From: Leucoraja ocellata
Taxonomy: Eukaryota
Reading direction: 5' to 3'
Assembly (NCBI GenBank): GCA_036785375.1
Contig: JAWMAR010000137.1
Coordinates: 1,736,001-1,800,000 of the forward strand
Length of the DNA: 64,000 bases
Shown here: positions 49,671-62,274 of the stretch, in pieces
Numbering within the stretch: the first letter of the stretch is position 1
How the letters are laid out: every line of letters starts with the position of its first letter
Translations under genes and position numbers: made by a program
Notes under the pieces: generated by a model
The model's database searches: none
Told to the model about the DNA's origin: nothing
Seen by the model: the letters and a program-made list of their open reading frames with translations, nothing else

Positions 49671-51572
49671 ATTGATGCTGGTAATTTACCCGAAGAGGTG
49701 TTGCTCGAGCTTCACACCAAATAGTATTGGACTCGACTACAGAACATATCATTGTGAAACTCAGAATGTAATCCCAGATCACATGGCTCAAAGCTGGATG
49801 TCCACTTTCATATAATTAACTCAGGACCAATCTACAGAATGCCGTAGCTGCACCGGCGAATTCTGGGATAGCATCCATGACGGAAAAGCTCAATTTATTG
49901 AGCAGACAGCTTAATGTTCTGTAAAGGAAGCAGTTTCAGATTAGTGGGAGAATTTCTTTCATTCTTTCTCTTCATTTTTATGAAGTGATTTTTTTTTAAA
50001 TCTTGGCTGCGTTAAGGGGTAAATTGTCATGTCAGCCTATGCAATTAGTTGCTTGTGACTAATGGCATCTATTAAAGGAGCTGCCTGCCATCAAAGGGGT
50101 CTTTACCAAAACCATGTGCTCAATCAACCATTCGGCCTCAAAGCTCTTAGTTAACTGGCCATTATTCAAATAACTATTTTGCCATGCGAAAGTGCTGCAC
50201 ACAAGTTATTTCTCTTCAACCTTCCAATTAATGTTGCTGTCAGGAAAACTTTTAGACTCATTGTATTCCTGATTCCACTCTGATTTCAACACTTTTAAAA
50301 GGGACAGAAATTCTTCAAACAACTTCAAAAAAATGTACATTGTTGTGGGAAGAAATAATATGTTTTGTTTTCTAATTTTAACATCATACTTATGCATCCA
50401 AACACTAAGTTTATGAAATGGACAAATTTGATCAATAGTCACCTCTATTCTGATAAACATTCTCACGGTTTCCACGGAAATGCTTTTGCATATAATTATG
50501 ATAATCAAACGTAGGATAAAGGCATATTCAAACATGTTCAAAAAACTTTTATTTTTTGCAAAAACAACCTACCTTGTACAGAAGGTATTTACGTCCACTA
50601 TTACCATCCATACCTGCTATTTTCCAGTACTTTGCAGTGTTACACATGATTCCTTGATTTACACTTGTTCAATTTGCAAATTTTCTACAGAATGGCATTA
50701 ATCTGCGAGTACAAATAGCACTTTATCTCCATGCATGGGATTGCACCATACCAAATTGTCCAGAATATATTTTGTCTAGCCTTTTCAATTTACAACATTT
50801 TACTTAACAACATTTTAAGGATTGAATATTTTTTCATGTATTGAGGAGTGGTCAATATCACAACAAGCTACAACATCTTTAAAGTTAGCCAAACACCACA
50901 GTGGCAGCAACACTTTCATACGTGACAGCATCAACAGGTTCATGGTCTGTAGTTGTGCAACAATCAGGGTCTGAGTCTATGCCAAAGCACCATCCAACAC
51001 AAGCTGTATCTCCAAAGAGCATGAAGTTGCATCCTGAGACTGGTGATCAGGTTCTGCAGGTTCAAATTTTTTCCAACCCATATCACAACAGCCAATTAGT
51101 ATTGCCATATGAATGAGCAATGACCAGGTGCTAAATGTCCATAAGGAACAAGATGGGGCAAGTAATTCAGCTTTTGAATCATTCCTACCTTTCATGATTA
51201 CCCGGTGTCTATATGCAGAATGCCGGACAAACTCAGCAGGTCAAGCAGCATCGCTGGCCACTTCGGGCTGCTGGTTGCATGTCATTTTAACTCTCTTCCC
51301 CTTCCCACAGTAAACTATCTATCCTTGGCCCTCTCCAATACCATACTTGACAACATGATTATAAACTAAACTAAACTGTAAAACTGTTGGAGTGTCTTTT
51401 AAATAGCAAATAGTCCTCTCTTCTTATTTTTTTTTAAACTCGTGCTGATGTCTGAGTGAGCACAGGATATGGTTCAGCTGATCACAGGATATGATGGAGG
51501 CCAGCTGATATTCATTGCAACACTGATTGCATTTCAAGAGTAGTCCTTCAGCTGGAGAGTTTGGTACTTTCA

Positions 51573-51925
51573 GTCGTAGAGTCATATGGCATGGAAATAG
51601 GCCTTTCGGCCCAACACGTCCATGCCGACCAAGATGCCCCATCTAAGCTAATCCTATTTGTCGGTATTTGGCCCATATAAATGAGGAGAATAGGTAGGGT
51701 AAATGCACAGTATTTTACCCAGGACAGGGGAATCAAAAACAGGAGGAAACATATTTAAGGTGAGAGGACCAAGTTTTAATAAGAACCTGAGGGGAATTCC
51801 TTTCACACAGAGGGTGATGGGTATATGGAATGAGCTGCCAGTGGAGGTAGTTGAGGCAGATACTATAACAGCATTTAACAGTCACTTGGACATGTACAAT
51901 GATAGGAAAGGTTTAAAGGGATATG
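51573..51925 (-). mobile_element. CR1 insertion with inverted 5' segment
   Basis: Tail on minus 51573-51679; the adjacent upstream CR1 segment is on plus 51680-51925. Confidence 0.75.
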
Positions 51926-52659
51926 TTCAAGGACACTCTAGTCCCTCAGAAGGATTGCTATTTAGTCATCAAATACCTGTACAAACATTTAACGTTGATT
52001 CATTTCTTCCTAAATTAGAAGCTGGGGCCAATCGCTAGCACCTTCTGCTAGCAACCGTCGAGCATTCAACTCAACACAGGACTATAAATGGGTATATTTT
52101 CTAAGTGCACAGCACAGTTTCAGAATGGATGTGTTTGCCCAGCCTCTTTCAGTTAGGATATTCATTGTAGCCTGCAGTTTAGAAAATCAAATGTGTTCCA
52201 GATAATGTCTTGGAAAGATTTGATCATACAATTTATCCGTGAGTCATCATCCAAAAGAAATCTACATAATCCCTTATCCTTGCCTCACTTTTAGTGACGG
52301 AGCCTCATTAATCCAAAAACTGCTAGATCCCAGACAATATCAAAGGCAAGGAGTAGTGTATCCTTAACCCACTCAAGTGATATACCACAGGCAGGCAACT
52401 GTTGTAATAAATACTGACATGGAAACAGGGTTAACCTATTTCCAGAAATGTTGACAATCAAATTTGAACCTTTGCCAGACCAATTTAATTTTTAAAAGGA
52501 GGCATTTTAGTGCACCGAGTCAAATCTTAAACTGCCTCCTGTGAAAGCCCAACAATTTAGAAGGGCTGTGAGACCAGATTTTCCTCACCACATAAACCCA
52601 TAAAAACACTGTATTTGAAACTTTGACAATTATTTGAGTACAAAAGTTCCTTGTGCATC

Positions 52660-52845
52660 AGTACTATCTCAGCATGTTCTTCTCTGAGTCATAAAGTTGA
52701 TATTTGAGTTAGAGGCTCAAGCACAAAAAACTAGGCTGCTGTTCCAGTGCATTACTGAGGGAGGTAAGGTCTTTCAGATCTGCCATTAAATTGAAACCCC
52801 ATCTACTCTGTCAGGGGAGGTGAAAGATCGATGGGCTCTATACAA
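52660..52845 (+). mobile_element. Deu-domain SINE relic
   Basis: CCAGTGCATTACTGAGGGAG...GTCTTTCAGAT...TTAAATTGAAACCCCATCT resembles the Deu domain. Confidence 0.5.
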
Positions 52846-53129
52846 GTTTTTCCTTATGCAAGGAGTCATAGAGTCATAGAGGTCCACAGCACAGAAACAG
52901 GCCTTTCGGTCCACTCTGCCTATGCTAACCTGTGTGTTGTCCTGGTTAGAATTTGACTTTCAGTTTATGTTTGCTGATCAGACTCAGTGGAAAATATTAG
53001 TATCTCCGGCATTAAAATGATGGCAACATTGATGAAAAATTATTTAATGGACCAAAGTGCTTCGCGAATGAAGTACTTGCATTTGGAATTGATACTGCAA
53101 GGAATTCCAACTGACTGACACATCATCCT

Positions 53130-53985
53130 CTACAAAATCCAAATATTCTATCGAACTCCTACAAGTGTATGGTTGGAAGCATACTGACTGGTTGCATTAC
53201 GCCTTGGTGTGGCAATTCAAAAGCCCAAGAACATTGGAGCCTGCAAGAAAGTGGTGGCCATTGCCTGGTCCATCACGCATATCGATCTCCCCACCATCAA
53301 AGGGATCTATAGGAAGTGCTGCCTCAAGAAGGCAGTTAATATCAACAAAGATGCACCCGTCCTGTCCATGCTCTCATTTCGCTGCTATCACCGAGAAGGT
53401 GGTGCAGGGGTCTGAGAACAATTACCTACAGGATCAAGAATTGCTCCCTCCCATCGGGCTCTTAAACCACCCCGCACAACCCTAAACACGACCCCACCTC
53501 AGCTCCGAATTATAATTAACTTTATAAAAGGATTACATGCTTTGGCAGATTATGATCTTGTTTACCTAGTGTAAATGATCGTTTATTGTATATTTAAGAA
53601 AGAATTGCAGATGCTGGGAAAATCGAAGGTAGACAAAAATGCTGGAGAAACTCAGCGGGTGAGGCAGCATCTATGGCGCGAAGGAATAGGTGACGTTTTG
53701 GGTCGAGACCCTTCTTCAGACTGATGTGGGGTTGGGGGTGGAGGGGGGACGGGAAGATGAAAGGAAGACGCGGAGACAGTAGACTGTGGGAGAGCCGGGA
53801 AGGGGAGGGGAAGGAGGGAGAAAGCAAGGATTACCTGAAATTGGAGAAGTCAATGTTCATACCTCTGGGGTGTATATCCATTTGTTGTGTTGTTGCATTA
53901 ATGTGTCTGTAAAGCTGCAGCAAGTCAGAATTGTATTGTTCTTTTCCTAATGCATGCAATATTTAAACACGCTTGACTCTTGATA
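53130..53985 (+). mobile_element. Rex/Babar-like LINE fragment interrupted by Penelope
   Basis: KVVAIAWSITHIDLPTIKGIYRKCCLKKAVNINKD translation; (CTTGACT)n tail near 53975. Confidence 0.7.
53594..53870 (-). mobile_element. Penelope-like 3' end
   Basis: 7-bp flanking repeat TGTATAT (53587-53593 / 53871-53877); contains a pLTR. Confidence 0.85.
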
Positions 53986-54272
53986 AGAATGCCCAGGCTT
54001 AATCCTGCAGGGATAATTGGCCGACACTGCAGCCATGTAACAGGACAGCAGCTTCTGCTCGCCTAAAGCGATGTGGCTGGAAACTGGCAAAGAAGCAGGG
54101 AGTATTAGTCAGTAAACCACAAGAGGCATCAAGATCCACAGCTGCTTGACAACAGGACAACCAATCTTTAAAATAAAGTATCTTCTTAAAGCAAAGTGCA
54201 TCTTAAGCAAAAAAGCAAAAGAAAGATCCAATGCAGGAAAGACTTCCTTTTCTCTTGCCTTTGAAGACTACA

Positions 54273-54559
54273 GGGGCGGCACGGTGGAGCAGCAGCAGAG
54301 TTGCTGCCTTACCAAGCTAGAGACCCGGGTTTGATCCTGACTACAGGTGCTGTCTGTATGGAGTTTGTACGTTATTCCCATGACCTGCGTGGGTTTCCTC
54401 CCGCATTCCAATGACGTACAGGTTTATAGGTTAAGTGGCTTTGTATAATTGTAAATTGTCCCTAGTGTGTATGAGAATCGCTGGTCGGCACGGACTCGGT
54501 GGGCCGAAGGGCCTGTTTCCACGCTGTTTCCTCTCTAAACTAAACTAAACTGAACTAAA
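54273..54559 (+). mobile_element. HE1-type V-SINE
   Basis: Full head to tail. Confidence 0.88.
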
Positions 54560-54902
54560 TCAGGGCATGCCAAAGCTCTCATCGTAGAACACAAACAGTA
54601 GTGCAAGAAAAGGCCAGTCACCCACCATGATCACACCATCCATATTCATTTGCAAATTTACAAATCAGACCACCTGCAGTTTCACACAGATCATTTATAA
54701 CAACAGCGATACAAATCCAATGATCTCTGCTCTTGTTTCCCTCAGCTACTTGGAATAGATTTCATCAGGCCCCTAGGACTTATCCACCTTAATGTTTTTC
54801 AAGGCACCCAACACCTTCTCCTACTTAATATCCATATGCCCTTTCCTAATCTCACCATTATCCATTTCTTTCTCCTTGAAAAAATACGGGTGTATTTACA
54901 GA

Positions 54903-55121
54903 ACTACGGGTGCTGTCTGTACGGAGTTTATACGTTCACCCCGTGACCACATGGGATTTTTCCGAGATCTTCGGTTTCCTCCTACACTCCAAAGACGTAC
55001 AGGTATGCAGGTTAATTGGCTTGGTGTATGTGTAAATTGTCCCTAGTGTGTGTGGGATAGTGTTAATGTGCGGGGATTGCTGGTCGGAGCTGTTTCCGCG
55101 CTGTATCTCTAAACTAAACTA
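54903..55121 (+). mobile_element. HE1-type V-SINE, 5'-truncated
   Basis: V-domain and tail. Confidence 0.85.
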
Positions 55122-55186
55122 GGTAATGTTCAAGGTTATATACTTAAAGGGGATTTGGATTGATTGAATAATTCTTGTAAAAAGAA

Positions 55187-55325
55187 TAGAAGACACAAGA
55201 CTCTGCAGACTCTGGAATCTTAGCCCATCAATCTGAAGAAGGGGCCGACCCAAAACGTTGTCTGTCCATTCCCTCCAAAGAAATCTGCCTGACCCCCTGG
55301 CTTCCTCCAGCACTTTGTTTTGTGA
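55187..55325. mobile_element. Penelope pLTR with short inverted 5' piece
   Basis: CTGAAGAAGGGGCCGACCCAAAACG motif on plus, preceded by the reverse-complemented pLTR end. Confidence 0.6.
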
Positions 55326-55914
55326 TGTGAAAATCACATTGGTTGTGTTGGCTCTTTGATTGTACGACACACTGCCTCACCCAATCTTCTTTAAAACTAC
55401 AAACGGAATCAGAAAGATTAATGGTTTTTGGAGCAGTCCGTTCAAGCCTCATGTACAGGTTTGCGCTGGTGAAAGGGAGTGGGTTGTGAACCAACCACAG
55501 CCCAAACCACACAATCCAGTTTCTCAGCTTGCAAATTAAAACTACAGTTCGTCTGAACTAAACATAGCAATTACTGTGTGGAAACTTAGAATAGGCACTG
55601 TTGTTCCATAAATACACTCTGTGCCAGAAGTAACCACAAGACATTAAACCCAGATACAGGGAGGGGGAGGGGGAGGAGAAATAAATGCTGCAACTTTGAA
55701 TATTAATATGCAGCCAACAAGTGACAGAGTACCCACCTTCATTGTGTGTCTGGACCAGGATGAATCTGTTTGAATTAAAAGGGATATTATCAAAATATAA
55801 AGATTGATAGGTTTACAACCATAAAGTCTGAACAGACTTTCTATACTTCCTTGAAACATTGAAGGAGGCCATTTCAGCCCATCGAGAAGGCGCATGGCAA
55901 ACTTGTCTTTCTCA

Positions 55915-56655
55915 TAATCATACAGCATGGAAACCGTGTCTTCAGTGAAACCCATCCACGCTGATCAGGTTTATGGCTGAACTGGTCCCTGTTTCCGCAT
56001 TTAGACCATATCCCCCTATAGCTTTCCTATCCACGTACCTGTCCAAATGTCTTTCAATTGTCACCATTGTACTGGCCCTTTAAGTCATTTCTTGCAGCTC
56101 TTTCATTTATGCACCACTCTCTGCGTGAAGAAATTGCCTCCCGAGCTATCTTTTAAATCTTTTCCCTCTCACCAAAAATCAATGCCCTTTAGTTCTAGAC
56201 TCCTCTACCCTGGGGAAAAAGACTATGACCATTCACCTTATCTATGCCCCTCACAATTTTATATAGCTCTATAAGATCACCACTCAGCCTCCCATGCTCC
56301 AGGGAAACAAAGTCCCAGCCTATCTAGCCTCTACCTCAAGCCCTTGAGGTCTCCTTGAAATCCCGATGAATCTTTTCTAACCGTTTCAAACTTAATATCT
56401 TCCTATAATAGGGCAACCAGAGCTGCACATAACGCTTCAAATGTGGTCTCACCAATGTCCTACTTGACGTCTCAACTCTTGCACTCAATATCTTTACCGA
56501 TGAAGGTCAGCATGCCAAACACCTTCTTCCTCACCCTGTCTACCTATGTTGCCACTTTCAGGGAACCATGTACCTATAACCCTAGGACTCTTTGCTCTAC
56601 AACACTCTCCAAGGCCTTACCATTTTCTGTCCTGTCCTGGTTTGACTTACTATAT
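55915..56655 (-). mobile_element. Old CR1 fragment (continues in pieces to ~57170)
   Basis: Colinear with 9180-9900. Confidence 0.75.
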
Positions 56656-56662
56656 TTTGGAT

Positions 56663-56830
56663 AGTTTAGTTTAGGTTAAGTTACAGCAAGGAAACAGACC
56701 CTTTAGCCTACTCGAGTCTGCACTGACCATCGTTCACCCATTCACACTAGTTCTATCTTATTCCACTTTCCCATCTACTCCCTACCAACCCACACATCTT
56801 TGGGATGAGGGAGGAAACTAGAGCGCCTCA
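56663..56830 (-). mobile_element. HE1-type SINE 3' part
   Basis: Tail and part of the V-domain. Confidence 0.6.
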
Positions 56831-57535
56831 AAGTTAAGTTCCATTGGCCAATCCTTGACTCACTTAGCCCACCTAGTTAATCCAGATCCTTTTGTAAACT
56901 TAGCCTTCCTCACTGTACCATCATTGTTGGTGTCATCCAGAAACTAACTACATTGTCATCTGAATTATTAATATACAAGACAAAGACAAGGTGGTTCAGC
57001 ATTAGGCCTCCAATCCTAAAAACTATACTCCACTACAACCCTCTAACTCCTTTCAACCATCTTTGAATTTTGAATCCAGGTAGCTGGTTCATCCTAGATC
57101 CTATGTGATTGAACCTCTTGACTAGCCTACTATGCGGAACCTTGTCAAAAGCCTTACTAAAGTCCAAATTGACCTTTTAAATTAGCTAATGATGTTAGGA
57201 TGGGTCATCAACAATGATGAATCAGACTACATGAAAGAGCTTGAGAACCTTGCGTCATGGTGCGAGATCAACAGTCAGCCCTTACTTTCAGAAAGACGAA
57301 AGAGTTGGTTGTTAAATTAAGGGAGCAAGGGGATGAACACAATCCTGTCCTCATCAATGGAGCTGCTGTAGTGATGGTCGACAGTTTCAAGTTCCTAGGC
57401 ATCTAAGTAACCAATAATCTAACCTGGCCCCTTCACACCGATGCACTGATCAAGAAACCACGACAACATATTTACTGTCTTTACCTCCTGAGAAGATTGG
57501 CATGTTCATGAGGATTCACACGAACCTTTATAGAT

Positions 57536-57689
57536 CTTCTCTTCTACTTCTTCTTTCGTGTGGCGTGCACAGCCTAAAGTTGTTGGACAACTTGTTCTAT
57601 TTGATCTTTGTTCTGTTTGTGCACGTCGAGTAGTTGATTGCATTAGTTGAAACAAGGCGGACCACATGAAGGTTGCAATCTTCCACCCC
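57536..57689 (-). mobile_element. ~155-bp SINE-like retroposon with HDV-like ribozyme head and (GAA)n tail, copy 2
   Basis: 12-bp TSD ACCTTTATAGAT (57524-57535 / 57690-57701); homologous to 2770-2925. Confidence 0.88.
57636..57689 (-). ncRNA. Minimal (P4-less) HDV-like ribozyme fold, 54 nt
   Basis: GGGGTGG(P1) AA GATTGCA(P2) ACC(P3) TTCATGT(L3) GGT(P3') CCGCCTT(P1') GT TTCA ACTAA(J4/2) TGCAATC(P2'). Confidence 0.75.
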
Positions 57690-58234
57690 ACCTTTATAGA
57701 TGCGTTAATGAAAGTATTCCAATGGATTGCACCTCAGTCTGGTATGGTAGCTCCCCTGTAGAGAGCATGAAGGCAGCCCAGTCCTTCACAGCTCACTTCC
57801 TACCACCCTGGTGTTGCGTAAGCAATAGTGAGGGCTAATAATTAGTAAATAGGGATGTGGATTGTGCGAATGTGGTGACAGGAAATTGCAGGCAAAGCCT
57901 TACAGGAATTTCATTGATTATGCATGCACCCATCATTGTAACAGAAATCTGGATCAACTGTTAACGAATTTAGACTTGTGGATAATCATCTAATTCTGTT
58001 TGTGACCTAATTAAGTCTTTCTGAGTTCTATTCTGTAATCAAGACCTCGAGTTATTGTTAACCAAGTCTCTGTGCAAAACCTCGTCATCGGAGAATATAA
58101 AAAATGTACCAAAGTCACACTTGACATGTCAGCTTTGGCTAGCCTCCTGGTGCGAACCAGTTTTAATAAATCGCCCATTACTTCAAACACCAATCACTCA
58201 TGGCCTTTCCATTTTGCTCCTACATACTGTGTCC

Positions 58235-58385
58235 ATCTTCTATGTCCATTCCCTCAGGAAGGTCAGAGGTATTGTCAAGGATGCCTGCCACTCTGGTCAT
58301 TCCCTTTTCACCCTTCTACCTTCTGGGACAAGATACAGAAGATCGAAAGCTCAAACTCTCGACTCAAGCATCGCTTCTTCCTAGC
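58235..58385 (+). mobile_element. Rex/Babar-like fragment
   Basis: LRKVRGIVKDACHSGHSLFTLLPSGTRYR translation. Confidence 0.7.
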
Positions 58386-58389
58386 CCAT

Positions 58390-58985
58390 AAGCTCCCAGC
58401 CTACTGCGGGCTGCAGGGGGGAAGCTGCCGGGTGGGCCCCAGCTCATCCCCCACAGACGAACACAGGACCTGGTGGACGACGGCCTGCAGGGGGAAGCCA
58501 CCAAGCCAGCCCATATTGGGCCTCAAAGACCAGAGAGCGGGAAGATGGAGCCAGTGACGAGATGACCACGATGGGTGAGGAGCAAGACCGGCAGGAGAGG
58601 AGAGAGAACAGGGGTCTGGCCTACTGCACCTTCAAGGTCGACTGCGGACCCGTCCCCGGGGCATGTATGTGGGCAGGCGAGGAGAGGGATGTTGATTCGC
58701 AGGTTAACCCATACGTCCAAGAAAGGCAATGGCTGGAGGCCCACAGCAGCCTGGGGCTTGCCTAAACTGGGCACCGCTCTTAAGAACTAGGAAATGAAAA
58801 TGGACTTTGAACATGGCACCAAAATCCTGGTGCCTCTTGCATGCGGGCTCAGTGGACTATTTCTGTACATTTTACTAACTGGGTATGTGCTTAGGTATGG
58901 CAATACTTTACTGGACTGTATGTAAGAAAACAATTTCACTGTGTGTTTGCACATGTGACAATAATAACAGCATTGAACCATTGAT
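58390..58985 (+). mobile_element. GC-rich non-coding retroposon with Rex-like tail
   Basis: GC-rich body; 3' ~200 bp similar to 5992-6194. Confidence 0.45.
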
Positions 58986-59339
58986 CTTCTGTTATGAAGA
59001 CTGGCACAAAAGATTTGTGCATTTGTCATTCTTAATACCCTAATAAACTACCCTCTGACTCAAAGCTTAGTAGATTCAAGGGGATTAGCAATGGGAAATT
59101 ACTGTTAATGCATGGATCCTTGGTGCTGAAAACCTTTGATCAAATATCTGCACCATTTAAACAGAGAAAACCTCACCTTCCTTCAGGTAGAGCAACTGGC
59201 AGCAACAGTAAGGGTTCCCCTCTCCTCAAGTTACAGTCCGTGGTTCAGCCTTTTCACTATTATTTCTCCCTCACTCTTTCTCCCCGAAGAGAAAGGGCAA
59301 AAGGATCCTATCAGAAGGTTATAAAACACTCATTAGCTT

Positions 59340-59490
59340 GTCACCACCTCTTCATCTCATCTCTTTACACTGGCTACCTCCACTTTGCATTCTCAGCCCT
59401 GATGCAAGGTCTCGACCTGAAACATCCACCTTCTCTTTGCCTCCACAGACGCTGCCTGACACGCTGGGATCCTCCAGCAGCTTGTTATTT
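59340..59490 (+). mobile_element. Old Penelope pLTR
   Basis: CTGATGCAAGGTCTCGACCTGAAAC motif. Confidence 0.6.
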
Positions 59491-60524
59491 TATGCATCCT
59501 CATTAACCATTTCTTGCACGGTGCCGCAGTTTACAGGTCTGGGCCTCTTTTATTTCCTGCAGGCATTAAAAAATAATTAAAGTACGCTCTGTGCTGCCAA
59601 ACTCCCAATGTTGGAGTCAAGCCATGCTTGCAGTTATTTAGTCTCAAGGTTAATACAGTGGATGTTATGCCTCATTTTTTCAACTCTAGCATAAATCAGT
59701 TCAAAATTTTACATGATGCCAAACCCATGTAATCTCACAAAACCTTATGTGCAGAGACTACAAATTCATTATCAGCAGAAACACACTGTTAGGAGCAGGG
59801 ACTGCATCAGCCTCAAGAACACACTGCGTGCTCTCCCAGTCTCCCTGCCCCTTTCTTCTCTTCCTCTCAAAGCAAGTATCAATTTTAAGACTCCTTAGAA
59901 AATCAGGTATCTTCATTCAAAGATTAATGACTCTCAGCTAGTTCAAACAAATATTTTGTATTAATGCCTTGTTCAATTACCCGTGCAAAAGGACATTTAT
60001 GTACAAAGTCTTGCATTCAATCTTGCAAATGCACAGGTTCTATTTCAGCTACTTCAGACTTGCAGGCTCATTGTGTAACTAAAATCTGAAGTGCTAGTTA
60101 CATTCAACTGGATTCATTTTCCTGTCACGCCGAAGGTCGACAGTTTTGGAGAGAATAAAAGAGACCAAATTACTATATTGGCTTTCCCTTTGTAATGAAT
60201 GTAGGACAAGACTCGAGATGGAGGATAGACTAGTTATAATGAGCACCCTGGTTGTGGCCAAGCTCATTAAAGCGTGACCCTTATTCTTTTGTGTAAACAG
60301 CTGAGAGTTATTTGTCATTAAAAGATTAGTTAGGGTAGGTAGATAAAAATTATTTTCTCCACTACGAAGCTCAGAAGTAGGCGGTATAACCTTCAACTTA
60401 GAGCAAGGCTATATCAGGATAGTGTCAGAAAGCTGCAAAGGGACATTGAAGTGTTGGACCATCTTCCCCAAGAACATGTTAATGGCAGGGATCAAATGTA
60501 CATTTCAGAATAGAATGGTAGATA

Positions 60525-60660
60525 TTAGCAGGTAAGGCTGGAAGAGAAGAAGGGCAAGTCAAAGCCTGGCAAGTGATTGGTGGGATACAGGTGAGGGAGG
60601 TTTTGGATAGATGGATGGTTGGTCCATAGCCAGAGATGCCAAAGAACAGATGCAGAGATG
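60525..60660 (-). mobile_element. Old Penelope 3'UTR relic
   Basis: AAAGCCTGGCAAGTGAT segment shared with ~39437 and (reverse complement) ~44100. Confidence 0.5.
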
Positions 60661-61004
60661 GGTTAACAAAGCAGAAAGCACACAACTATTTTGCAAACTA
60701 GTAATTTGATAAAATTATTTCATGGTGTTTCAAAAACATCGTGCTGCATGAATTTCTAGCCTGCTAACTGTTCGACCTATTCGTTCTTGATAGGTTACTC
60801 AAGTGAATATTAATGCACAATAATATACAAGTAAAACACAAACAGTCCATATACTTCGGTAACTATCCTCACCGAGGCAGGGAAATTGAATCAGCGGTTC
60901 GCCAGTATAAAATCACAACTAAGATATGGAAGAATTCCAATAAGTTAGTTCAAGTTAAGTTATCTGCTGCAAATAATTGCGGAAATTGCCATTGGGCGAC
61001 CTCA

Positions 61005-61305
61005 CCTCTCCAGCGTCCCAGGTCCAGACCTACCCTCCGATGCTATCTGTATGGAGTTTGCACATTCTCTCCGTGACTGTGTGGATACCCCCGGGTGCTC
61101 CGGTTTCTCCCACATCCCAAAGATATGCACATTGGTAAGTGGCCACTGTAAATTGTCGCTCATGTGTAGGTGAGTGGTGGAATCTGTGGAGGGTTAAGTA
61201 AGCTGTGTAGAGAATATAAACAGGATTCATGCAAATGGATGTTTGATGGTTTGAGTGGACTCAAAGGGCTGAAAGGCCCGTTCCCATGCTGTATGACTTT
61301 GTGAC
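61005..61305 (+). mobile_element. Diverged V-SINE
   Basis: TGTATGGAGTTTGCACATTCTC...GGGTGCTCCGGTTTCTCCCACATCCCAAAGA core. Confidence 0.7.
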
Positions 61306-61715
61306 TGATAGGAAGTGCCAAAATCAGATAATGCAGTTTTCATATTAAGGTCAGATTATATTGTGGCACTTTGGGAATGAACAGGAAGTGGTTTGAGCCA
61401 TTGCATGTTTATGGTCTGATTGGGCATAGTTCATTGGAGTTGATTGGTTCCATTTAAACTAAATAAAAGCAGTGGCAATATATAGTTGTTGTTTCCACTG
61501 CACTTTATTGTGTATTAGACTAAGTGGGACCCGTTGGGTCCCAGGTTCACACGGGAGAGCTGGTCCCCCAACGCAATATTCCACCTCTCCACCAATTCCA
61601 ATATTGGTGGACAGTGGGGGAGTGGAGGAGAGGGAGGGGGGGAGGGGGGGAGGGGGGGGGGGGCTTTCTGTAGTGCTAGCATGGCTGTTGTGGGTCGTCA
61701 AATCAAGCACAGTGA

Positions 61716-62274
61716 AGAGGCTGTCCCACTGCGGTGAACTAATCCGCGAGTTCTGGCGAGTTTGCCCTCGACTCATACTCGCAGCATGGTCGACACGAGG
61801 TCCTAGGAGGTCTTTGTAACTCTCCTTCATGCTCGAGGGTAGTCCCCGCGTACGTGAGGCCTCAGCTAGGTCACGGCGTATTTTTCAACATGTTGAAAAA
61901 TGCCTGCAAGTAAAAAAAGGTCGCCATGGTAAAAATCAATACTTTTTTTACTCGTAGGTTTAGTTGAAGTAGGTTATAGTAGGACGGCATGTTATTCGTA
62001 GGTAATCGAGGGTAGTCGAAAGTAATCGAAGGTAGTCGAAGGTAGTTGTAGATAGTCTTCAACATAGTCGAAGGGAAGTAGAAGGAGATCAAAGGAGGTC
62101 GTCTTCACTCTCCACTATTCGGAGTCCAATTTTCTCGAAGCTAGCCGAAGCTAGTCTTCAACAGTCGAAGGAGGTCAAAGGAGGTCTTCTACATAGTGGA
62201 AGGAGGTCTTCAAGATGACATTTTTTCAAACTCTCCTAAACTCGCGAATTAGGTCGCCGCAGTTGGACAGCCCT
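61716..62274. mobile_element. PIF/Harbinger-type MITE nested in the Helitron
   Basis: ~35-bp imperfect TIRs (GGCTGTCCCACTGCGGTGAACTAATCCGCGAGTT and counterpart); 3-bp TSD TGA (61713-61715 / 62275-62277). Confidence 0.8.

Larger units (their letters stand above)
57195..57820 (+). mobile_element. Rex/Babar-like RT fragment, host of the ribozyme SINE
   Basis: Degenerate NNDES.Y..E.., KTKELVV, FKFLGI, NLTW and NLYR|CVNESI motifs. Confidence 0.75.

Noticed and set aside
50206-50541. 111-aa AT-rich minus ORF
   Set aside because: Composition reflects AT-rich non-coding DNA; no domain recognised.
54273-54345. tRNA gene-like A/B boxes
   Set aside because: These are SINE heads continuing into the V-domain and LINE-like tail, not stand-alone tRNAs.
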